Below, in pieces: positions 1-64,000 of a stretch of 64,000 nucleotides of DNA. The number at the start of each line of letters is the position of its first letter. The stretch's first letter is position 1. A program made the translations under genes and the position numbers. The notes beneath the pieces were generated by a model. The model was not told the origin of the DNA, did no database searches, and worked only from the letters and a program-made list of their open reading frames with translations. This DNA is from Paraspadella gotoi (lineage: Eukaryota > Animalia > Chaetognatha): NCBI GenBank assembly GCA_051294375.1, contig CM119269.1, positions 18,864,785 to 18,928,784 on the forward strand. The letters are read 5' to 3'.

Positions 1-263
1 TGCAAGCGTTCAGAAAAATGCTAAGGATGAAAAAATGAAAACGCTTCTAATATCGAAATCGCCACGATTAATTCTTAATACTAGGCTCTTTTATTGAGTA
101 TTTTAAAGTAACTAACCAACAAAAAGAACTAGGTTACACCAAAGAAAAGAAAAGAGGTTCTGAGCCACAGGAATAAATCAAAGAAAACCGGAATTTTTCT
201 CGTTACGGATTTATTTCCACCAAAATTCCATCAGTCAAGGAGAGAGGAGAGAGAGGAAGAGAG

Positions 264-306
<43 letters not shown>

Positions 307-651
307 GCCATATGTTGCTCCAATCCGGAGTCTTACATTTTTTATTGCTCGCAATAATTTCTTGCCATGGAGTTAGAAAGCTAGAGTAACAGAATCCACA
401 TCATCTCAATACAGAGAATAAACAGGTTCAGTAATCGAAAAAATGTGTTGAGACCGAAAAAGTAAATAGAAGGAGAGCCGTGTTATTCCAGCCGCAGTTG
501 GTGTTAATGGTTTTAATGTAAACCGGCGTAATCCCTAATCATGCCCAGCCGAGTCACGAGGGTAAGTATATTTACTTGTTAACACTCAAACTATGTCTAT
601 GAACCAACAAAATTTTGGACCCAAAACGCAGATCTGAGACATTGAGCTCAC

Positions 652-54323
<53,672 letters not shown>

Positions 54324-55584
54324 CTGAAAGAAGTAAAATTTAAAATGTAATCGAGAAAAATGAGTTGTAATTTGTGGTTGAGTTTCTTTGATAGCTCAAT
54401 GAACCTCCATCTTTCTCTCTCTCCGGCATTCAGTCTATCTCTCTTTATCTCCTTCATTCTTTCTTGTTGTTTCAAATATGTAATTATTATTATTATTATT
54501 ATTTTTATTANNNNNNNNNNNNNNNNNNNNNNNNNNNNNNNNNNNNNNNNNNNNNNNNNNNNNNNNNNNNNNNNNNNNNNNNNNNNNNNNNNNNNNNNNN
54601 NNNNNNNNNNNNNNNNNNNNNNNNNNNNNNNNNNNNNNNNNNNNNNNNNNNNNNNNNNNNNNNNNNNNNNNNNNNNNNNNNNNNNNNNNNNNNNNNNNNN
54701 NNNNNNNNNNNNNNNNNNNNNNNNNNNNNNNNNNNNNNNNNNNNNNNNNNNNNNNNNNNNNNNNNNNNNNNNNNNNNNNNNNNNNNNNNNNNNNNNNNNN
54801 NNNNNNNNNNNNNNNNNNNNNNNNNNNNNNNNNNNNNNNNNNNNNNNNNNNNNNNNNNNNNNNNNNNNNNNNNNNNNNNNNNNNNNNNNNNNNNNNNNNN
54901 NNNNNNNNNNNNNNNNNNNNNNNNNNNNNNNNNNNNNNNNNNNNNNNNNNNNNNNNNNNNNNNNNNNNNNNCACTCTCACATCTCTATTCCTTTCTTTAC
55001 TTTTCAAACATTCCGCGTTTCTCTCTCCCTCCATCACTTTCTCACAGACTCTGGTCCTTTCAATTTATCTTTTTACTTACCTTCACTACATATTTTTTCT
55101 CCTCTCCTCCCCCCCCTTTTTTCCCCTTCTTTTCCTTTCTTTCCTTTCACCTTCCCTCTCCCTCTTCTTCTCCGCCCCGATGCTCATTTGTCTTCCTCCC
55201 CACGAGGTGTCGCTGCGAATCCACGGAATCGTCGGCGGCGGAAGAGGGAAACGCCCATTTACGCTCACTTTATACGTCGCCGGTAAACATTTCCTCTTTT
55301 TGTTTCCGACATTATTTTTTTTTTCGCTCGAGAAGTAAAACGAAAAGAGGGAAGTAATCTTCGCTCTTTTTTTCAGATTCATTGATTCGTTGCATGATAG
55401 TTTTCTTAAGAATTATTTTAAAAAAAGCTATTTATTTAAAAAAAAATGCTTGAATTGTGGAATTTCAATTTCTTTCGCCATTCTCCTTTTACATAAAATA
55501 CAACAAAAAACGTTTGAAAAATCTAATCATTATACGAAAACCAACAAAAGCAAACTAAAATGAAAGTCTTGAAAAGATCAGGTA

Positions 55585-55615
<31 letters not shown>

Positions 55616-56703
55616 NNNNNNNNNNNNNNNNNNNNNNNNNNNNNNNNNNNNNNNNNNNNNNNNNNNNNNNNNNNNNNNNNNNNNNNNNNNNNNNNNNNNN
55701 NNNNNNNNNNNNNNNNNNNNNNNNNNNNNNNNNNNNNNNNNNNNNNNNTCTCTCTCTCTCTCTCTCTCTGTCATCACAACCCGTTCGACAATAACCTTCG
55801 CACATCGACCCGTTATCCATTTAATCCCCTCGCCCTTATCTCAAGAAAAGAAAAGAAGGAGAATCGAGGATAAAGAAGAAAAAAAGAAGAATTAAAAGCA
55901 AAAATGAAAAAAAAAAAATCAGGTGACGAGATGTAGAAGGATTGATATAAGAGAAAGGGAAGTAGCATTTACATATAAATTACAAACCATACCAAAAATA
56001 TCAGATATAAAGTGCCAAACAGAAAGTTCACGAACATACAAAAAGGGAAAACAGGATTTAGCTCGGGCGAACAAAAGGGAANNNNNNNNNNNNNNNNNNN
56101 NNNNNNNNNNNNNNNNNNNNNNNNNNNNNNNNNNNNNNNNNNNNNNNNNNNNNNNNNNNNNNNNNNNNNNNNNNNNNNNNNNNNNNNNNNNNNNNNNNNN
56201 NNNNNNNNNNNNNNNNNNNNNNNNNNNNNNNNNNNNNNNNNNNNNNNNNNNNNNNNNNNNNNNNNNNNNNNNNNNNNNNNNNNNNNNNNNNNNNNNNNNN
56301 NNNNNNNNNNNNNNNNNNNNNNNNNNNNNNNNNNNNNNNNNNNNNNNNNNNNNNNNNNNNNNNNNNNNNNNNNNNNNNNNNNNNNNNNNNNNNNNNNNNN
56401 NNNNNNNNNNNNNNNNNNNNNNNNNNNNNNNNNNNNNNNNNNNNNNNNNNNNNNNNNNNNNNNNNNNNNNNNNNNNNNNNNNNNNNNNNNNNNNNNNNNN
56501 NNNNNNNNNAAAGAAAGAAAGAAAGAAAGACAGAAAGAAAGAAAGACAGCAAGATATAGAGAGGGAAGAAAAATCCTTGATTCCTCTGATGCTTCGACCA
56601 TTTTTCAAAAGAGATTAAGGACGAAAGAAACAGAGCGAATCGAAAGTATTGAATGAAGAATCATGCGATAATCGGGCGGAAATCTGGTTGAAATCGGATG
56701 AAA

Positions 56704-56792
56704 ATCGGGCTAGAATCGCGCTAGAATCGCGCTAGAATCGCGTGGGAATCGCATTAGAATAGGAGGAAAATCGGGTTAGAATCGGGAAGGAA
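56704..56792. repeat. 11-bp degenerate tandem repeat (CTAGAATCGCG)
   Basis: Directly visible. Confidence 0.75.
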
Positions 56793-58055
56793 TCAGTCGA
56801 AGGAACTATTTAAATGGCTAAATCAATTTATATATGGTCGGTGAAATAAGAATAAAATCAAAAGAGATAAGAAAGTAACTAGAACAGAGCGATTTACATA
56901 TGTTTAGAATCAGGTAAGAATCGGCTAAGAATTTCGAGAAAAAATCTTTAAAAAAAAATGAAAAGATGGCGACGTGAGTTCTTTGAAAACTCTTTTCACG
57001 TCCTCTTTTTCTTTTTTTTATAATTCTTTTTTTTTCTTTACTCGTCCCTTGTCTCTTTTTATCTCTGTTTTTTATATTTTCTTACTTTATTTTCTCTATT
57101 TTTCATACTAACGTGAGAAGGGTGAAAAAAGAAGGTTTAGAAAAAGAAAAGGAAAGGAGAGGTTTTGTTAAAAATCTAATAAATAGTTTTATAGTTTTTC
57201 TTTTCTTGGAGAAGCTAGAAAAAGCTATACACTTCTTTTAAAATTGGTAAATCAGGGGCAGATGGAGATGAGAGAGATAAAAAGAGAGAAAGAAAGAGAA
57301 ACAGAGAAACAGGGACTAAATTTTCTAATTTAAGGGAAAAGAGAGAAAAAAAAATATGATTGTGATAAAGAACAAAGAAAGAAAAAAGGGGAAAAAAAAA
57401 GACAAAAAGAGAATCGATCCGTCGACCCGGGCAGGCGACGACCGTTGATCCTCCTTAAGCTTTTAGGCTGGCAATTTCTGAAGGAAAGGTGGCGAGGTGA
57501 TCCAAGGCCCCTTTCGGGGTTTACCATTGAGTTTTCAAGACTTACTCACTCGCCCTCTTTCTTTCTCTTTCTTTCTTTTTCTTTCTCTCTCTCTCTCTCT
57601 CTGACGATTGACAAATCCCCAAAAAAGCACAATAAGTTCAACAAAAAGATTAGGGGTTTTGTGATTTGTTTAAATTTATAAATGTTTTATCATAATGCCT
57701 TTCCACGAAACGTTTTTCTTTTCCTTAATCCGATTTCGACCATCGATTCGCTTTTCGCGACTTTGAACGCCTTGTCTTTTATTTTTCCCTTTCACACTCT
57801 CACTCCCTCTTCCTTCCGCTCTCTACTTCTATTCTCGCCCATCACATCTTCCCGCCCTCATGCGCCCCTTTCTCCGTTCCTCTTTCCATGATGGGGCATC
57901 GCCCAGTATCCAAGGGTCACGATCCCGGGGTCAAAGGTTAAACGAGAATGGAGGTCATAAAAAATACAGCGACAAACGACGACGACTACGACGACCGCTG
58001 TCAACGCCATCTCGGTTTCATATTTTATGTAAAATGGGGGATATCGATAACGAGG

Positions 58056-58146
<91 letters not shown>

Positions 58147-58759
58147 TGCACTATTTTTTATAGATGCTATACGCTATTTAATAATATCGCAAATATTGCG
58201 CAATTTGGTTCCGCGATGCCAATTCTATAATTGATTTCGCCTTTTACGAACTACCTTTTCCAATTTCTTTTTATTTAACACTACTCTTTAATTTCCTATT
58301 TCCTTTCTCACCTTAATTTTCAGTTTCCCACTTCCCTTTTGTTCTTCTTCTTCCTCTCGTCCAGTGGGAACATTTCAGGCGATAAAGGAATCAAGGAGAG
58401 AATCAATGGTTTAGTTCGGATGGCGTCGTCGGCGCCGTCTTTTTCGTCGTCGTCGCGTCGTCGTCGTTGTTGTCGGCGCCGTCGTCGTTGGCTTCGTCGC
58501 CGTTTCGTCGTCGTCGTCGTCGTCGTCGTCGTTATTGTACTCATACTCCTAGCAGAACGGGAATTATTTATAAACTTTAAATAAGAGAGTACATAGATGA
58601 CGTTTAACCAACTCATCCTTCTTTGTAAGCCTTTTTTTTTACAACAATAAAAAAGAATAGCCACAAAATACTCATCCGCGAACCCTCGACCTTCCGCGCC
58701 ACTAAGCGACGGCCAAACGAGCGCAGGTGAGTCTTCCCATCGACGCCCGCTAAAATTAC

Positions 58760-59129
58760 CATCCTCGTTTGTTTTTTTCGTCGTTGTCGGCGGCACGCGT
58801 CGGGGGGGTAGTGATGAAACAGCGCGGCGGCGCGGCGCGTTGATGGCAAAAGTGTCAGCGGAGGCGGCGGCGGCGGCGGCGGCGGCCGGCGCGGCGGCGG
58901 CCTCTCCTTCCGAGGTTAAGTTCAGCGGAGAAGAAAGCGACGTTAAAGAAAATGGATTTTTTGGCTTCGTTAGGGGATGGAAGACGAGGAGGATGAAGAG
59001 AAGGAGGAGGAGGATGAAGAAGAGGAGAAGGAGGAGGATGAGAGGAGGGGAGGAGGAGGAGGAGGAGAGAATAAGTGGGGGAAAAAGGTGAAAAAGGCAA
59101 AGTTTAACTAAACCATTCCATCGCCGCAT
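58760..59129 (-). CDS. Possible first coding exon (signal peptide/anchor and Ala-rich pro-region) of the cadherin gene
   Basis: ATG at 59129 after a GC-rich leader. MRRWNGLVKLCLFHLFPPLILSSSSSSPPLILLLLLFFILLLLLFILLVF... has a long hydrophobic stretch. Candidate donor GATG|GTAATT (phase 1). An intermediate exon, possibly in a gap, is needed to join 54323, and the hydrophobic run comes from low-complexity repeat sequence. Confidence 0.35.
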
Positions 59130-59427
59130 GCTCTACCCGCGAAGACAATTAACACCCGCTTCCTCCAACTACCTCGTCAGCTTCACGCCAGAGCCACCAA
59201 CCCACCGCCCTACCAACGCCACCGCCGCCAAGAACGGCGGGAAGCGGCGAGGTCCCGCCAGAGCACCGCGGTTCCTCCGCGCGCTTCATTGACTTCTAAT
59301 TAGTTTTTCTCATTTTCCAAACTTTTTTTTCCCTTCAATTCCTTTTTTTTTTTTGCCAAATTTATGTGAGAGAGGGGAAGAGGGAAGAGGGGTGGAGGGA
59401 GAAGTAAGTCGGGGTTAAATGTCTTCT

Positions 59428-59485
<58 letters not shown>

Positions 59486-61205
59486 AGAAGAGAAAGGACA
59501 ATAGAGAATTAAGAGAGAAAAGAAGAAAATTACAATTTGAATTTAACATTAGAATGTAAATTCTTTAAAATTACTTTTTCGGTCGAGTTTCGCTGTCGGA
59601 GAAAATATACTTATATTTTACTACAGTATAACTAAACAAATTTAAAATTCTGCTCGAACATCGCAAGCAAACGTCTCGAAAGGAAGTGAATTTAATTTTT
59701 CTTGTCACCTAAATGCAACCGACTGCACAGTATATTTTTTAAAAAAATGTGTTCGTTTGGGACACAACGAACCAAATTTATACATAATTTTTTTTTTATT
59801 ATAAAGTTTTGTATCCCACGCGGTTTTAGCGAAAATTTAAAAAAAAAATATATGAATATGAGGCGATGGGTCGAAGCGCTGGAGCGTATGAGAAACGAGG
59901 GGAATGTGAAGGAGAGAAGGAAGAAGAGGAGCAGAGGGAAGAAAGGGGAGGAAAGGCCGAATAGAAAGACGATGATACGGTCTGCCAGAATCCAAGTGAA
60001 AAGGAAAGGGAGATGATTTATGATTTGATTTATGGTGATTGTTTTATGGCGAAGATCATCTTCAAACGAGCCGAGGAAAAATTCCCGTGCCGCCTTAGTG
60101 GAGCCGCAGCAGCATTGCTGGCATCGCGATGAACTTATCTTGCACTACGATACCGTTTCAGTATTGCGGTATTGCAGTAAAGTGTCCGCGAGACGAAATT
60201 ACGGAAATGCCAATTCCATCTTTCGACGTCATTTCCGGCGCCGCGAATCCGGGAAAGTCTATTTTAGGCAGTGAGCGTTAATTTTATTTCTGGGCTCGAC
60301 ATTTATTATTTTCGTTGTGTGCGTCGTACGGGTTCAGTGTCGGACAGGCTCAGTGTAGGGCAGGCTCAGTTTCGCGAACGCTGGGCATCGTTGTCTCCCC
60401 ATCCGGGAGCATGCCAGTGACTCTTACGTCGCAGCAATGGAGCCATTCAATACGAAATTCTCGTTAAGCAGTGAGAGAATTCTAATCTGTAGTGCTAAAG
60501 AACTCGTTACAGAACGGCACAGCGTTTGCTGTTTAATAAACAGTGTTTATTGTTATATTGAAGATGAGATGAAACTGGCGTCGTGGCGTAGGAGATAGTG
60601 ACGGAACTTTGGCGGACTGTTGCTCCGTGCAAGAGACAGGAGACCCCGAGACCCGGGAAGAGAGAAAAAAAAGAAAGAGGAAAAAGAACAATAATTGCGA
60701 ATGTGTCGTTATCTTTTACTGTTATTAGGCAACGGTTTCCGAATGGAGGGAGAAAAGGAGAAGAAAAATTTCTGAACCGACAGATAGTAGATTCGGAAGT
60801 CGATAAAAAAACGGGATCATCACAGACGATTAGACGTGACATGTTCACAACGAAAAGAACGCGGCGCCACTGCAACGGACGGTCACGTGAGATCAATGAA
60901 TATTTCAACTTTTAGATAACATATACGTATATAGTATAGCATTGAAATAAACCGTATTGAAAATCAGACTATCTTTAATTATATAATTATCAGACATGCG
61001 TTTTAGCTCAAGGTTGATCGAGACGGAGGCAAAGACGCTCAAGGAGCCGCTCACGCAGACGAACGAGAAAACTCGATTCAAGGCGGTAATCAAAAAAAAC
61101 CTTTGTGGTAACGATGCCGCCGGGAAAAGGAGAGAGAGAGAGAGAGAGAGATGAGAGCGAGAGAGAGAAGAGAGAGAGAGGAGAGAAGAGAGAGAGCGAG
61201 AGAGA

Positions 61206-61266
<61 letters not shown>

Positions 61267-61272
61267 GAGAGC

Positions 61273-61303
<31 letters not shown>

Positions 61304-61957
61304 CTGAGAGAGAGAGAGAGAGAGAGAGAGAAAGAAATGAAAATTGCATCGTTAACAAAAAACAAAAAGATGAACAAAAATCTTCAGTTCTTTTCCTTCC
61401 AGACGACAGGGAACTTTTTCTTGAAGTCAAAAAAACTACAACAGAAAGAGGAACAACAACGAAAACTCTTTCCGGAATTTGACAATCTTGCCCCGTCTCA
61501 CTCAGAGGCGCTCTTACACGAACTCAATCTACAGGCGCCCGTTTTCGCCTGGTTAAGGCTTAAGAGGCGAAGTAACTGACGTTGAAGAGAAGGAAAAAAA
61601 ATTGAATTTCATCGTAAAGACTTTAAAGAGGCTTTTAGTAGCGTCGGCGTTCGTCGTCGTCGTCGCCTTCGTCGTCGTCGCCTTCGTCGTCGTCGTAGAT
61701 GTCGTCGTCATCGTCGTTGTTGTCGGTTATTTTTTTTTCACCACCGAAAATTTCGACTTTGCTGAAGGCAAAACGTCAATTCCATCATTCTATTACTGCA
61801 ATTGATTAAAAACACTTTCACAGTTTGAATCACAAGCCTCACACCTATCATTAACTGTCATTAACTTCGTTTTCTATATCTATATCTATCCTTTGATATA
61901 ACCATCAACATCCTCATCAATCAATCCAATCCACAAATTCACTGCAATCATCCATAT

Positions 61958-62058
61958 AGCTCCAATCACCCAAATCGATCCAATCACCCATATTGCTCCA
62001 ATCACCCATATCGCTCCAATCACCCATATCACTCCAATCACCCATATCGCTCCAATCA
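61958..62058. repeat. 18-bp minisatellite (GCTCCAATCACCCATATC) x5
   Basis: Directly visible; produces the LQSPIS repeat in the ORF track. Confidence 0.9.
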
Positions 62059-62816
62059 ACCCTTCGCTTCCTCTTTTCCCTTACGCCCGCAACTAAGCGG
62101 AGATTTGGCGCCAGCGTCGCTTCCGGTTTCGTAGTCAGACGCCGTTCAGCTCTCTCTTACTTTCTTTTCTTTTCTTTTCTTTTCTTTTCTTTTCTTTTCT
62201 TTTCTTTTCTTTTCTTTTCTTTTCTTTTCTTTTCATTTTTTCTCTTTTCTTTTCTTTTTCTTTCTTTTTTTCTTTTTTCCCCGTTTTCTTCTTCGTGCAT
62301 TTTCCCCATTTTTTTCTTTTGACCTTTTTATTTATTACCATTTTTCTGTATATTTTCTTTTCTTTCCACTGGAATTCCAGTTCCTTTTTTGGAGTCTCGC
62401 CTTTTGGATAGTTTTTTGAATTGTTGTTTTAGTATTTAAAAAGGTATTTTACTGGAGATATAATGTAGAATTAAATGTTATAGCAACTGAGTCAAAAGTT
62501 TGGTCTTGGACAGTAGTGACAGTATTTTTTTGCACTCATTATTTCTTTAATACAAAATTTATTTTAATTTTTCCAATTATTTTTCACCGGTATTTGTATT
62601 AACATTCTGGTTGAGTTTAAAACATACATAACGACGCAGCAACTGACGCACAAAACCTTACTATGCGACAGAAGTAGGAACTTTTAAAGTCGAACTACAA
62701 CAAAAACGACTTTTTCACCCATCGCATTTTCGTCTGCTTCGTTTTCTCGCTCGAATCCCTCATCTTCTCAACTTCATCTTCGTCGATAACTCGACTTCAT
62801 CCTCTCAAGGGTCGAG

Positions 62817-63092
62817 TGATCATCTCGCTCTCCTCCTCGATTATCTCCATCTCATCCTTCGCCTCGTCTCACCTCCTTCTTCATCTTAATAATCCTCGTC
62901 TCGCTGATCATCTCGCTCTCCTCCTCTCTCCTCCATCTCATCCTTCGCCTCGTCTCACCTCCTTCTTCATCTTAATAATCCTCGTCTCGCTGATCATCTC
63001 GCTCTCCTCCTCTCTCCTCCATCTCATCCTTCGCCTCGTCTCACCTTCCCTTCTTCATCTTAATAATCCTCGTCTCGCTGATCATCTCGCTC
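62817..63092. repeat. About 88-bp tandem repeat x3
   Basis: Repeated tgatcatctcgctctcctcctc...ccatctcatccttcgcctcgtctcacctccttcttcatcttaataatcctcgtctcgc. Confidence 0.9.
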
Positions 63093-63283
63093 GTCTCCCT
63101 TGACTCATCCATCACTCAAAAATCTTTAAGGTTATGACTCCCTTACCTTTTTCTCAGCCAGACCCTTGGGTCTCATCGATGGTCAGTAATTGAAGTGAGT
63201 CAGTCGGTCATCCAGTCAGTCAGTCGGCTTGTCACGGTATCTCAATTGCAGATGATGCTGTTCATAGAGTCCCTGGTGTTTTT

Positions 63284-63300
63284 TATTATTATTATTATTA

Positions 63301-63365
<65 letters not shown>

Positions 63366-64000
63366 TGTATCTGTGTTGGGCCGCGCGGTTCCCTTTCGCG
63401 TTTTGGATCGCAAAATGCAAGCTTCTTCCCTGCGGTCCTGGATTGGCGGGCCTGGACCAATCACCGTCGAGAGTTGGGAGAAGAGAATTTTACCTTTTTT
63501 ACCGCGGTTTCCGCGCGCAGCCATTGAGGAAATGCGTTGGTTGTCGTATTATTGTGATGCATTTGATCTTGTAGAACGGACGCTGATCTGGTGTCGGATT
63601 TGAGAGAGATCGATTTTCTGGACAGTGGTTCTGTGATGGAGGGGGAATGTTTCCTTCCCTTAAGTTGATCTCTTTGAAAGCCTACCTGGATCCCTTTGCT
63701 CTCCTTCTCTCTCCCTGTCCAGTGCTGTGATCCGGCAACAGGACGAGGTCTCCGGGAGACAGTAAGGTCTGGCCCCTTATCCATTTTTCAGGTCAGGTGA
63801 AGACCGCAGTCACGGGACTTCCAGCGCGGCTCCGCAAGGCGTGCTTGCTGGGAGGGGGTGTATCTGTGTTGGGCCGCGCGGTTCCCCTTCGCGTTTTTGG
63901 ATCGAAAATGCAAGCTTCTTCCCTGCGGTCCTGGATTGGCCGGCTGACCAATCACCGTCGAGAGTTGGGGAGAAGAGAATTTTACCTTTTTTCTACGCCA
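63284..64000 (-). mobile_element. Possible retroelement end: (TTA)n tract followed by GC-richer sequence with a direct repeat of at least 135 bp (63366-63500 and 63859-63993)
   Basis: tgtatctgtgttgggccgcgcggttccc... occurs twice, about 493 bp apart; the first copy abuts (TTA)n, i.e. an (AAT)n tail on the minus strand. No RT homology recognised. Confidence 0.35.

Noticed and set aside
55151-55212. Candidate exon linking the putative first exon to 54323
   Set aside because: The required phase 1>0 frame contains TGA.

Overview
Eukaryotic (animal-like) draft-genome window, very rich in (GA/CT)n microsatellites, with many N gaps. Four gaps are exactly 25 N, typical of long-read gap filling. Nearly all ORFs in the supplied track are microsatellite or gap artefacts. 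The real content is one large minus-strand multi-exon gene for a single-pass cadherin-domain protein. I reconstructed 18 GT-AG exons between 652 and 54323 (about 770 codons), plus a possible signal-peptide first exon near 58760-59129. The protein has a Ser-rich pro-region, about 4 cadherin repeats, a Gly-rich stalk, a TM helix and a Gly/Ser-rich cytoplasmic tail that runs off the left edge. The main oddity is that two exons lie in the wrong order: phase and cadherin homology require 52079-52270 > 49697-49802 > 50606-50645 > 49153-49246. That is either a repeat-mediated misassembly (more likely) or real exon scrambling. The introns hold palindromic MITE-like elements, a Helentron/DINE-like end, minisatellites, and several direct or inverted duplications that look like assembly or haplotype artefacts. 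No rRNA, tRNA or CRISPR array was seen.
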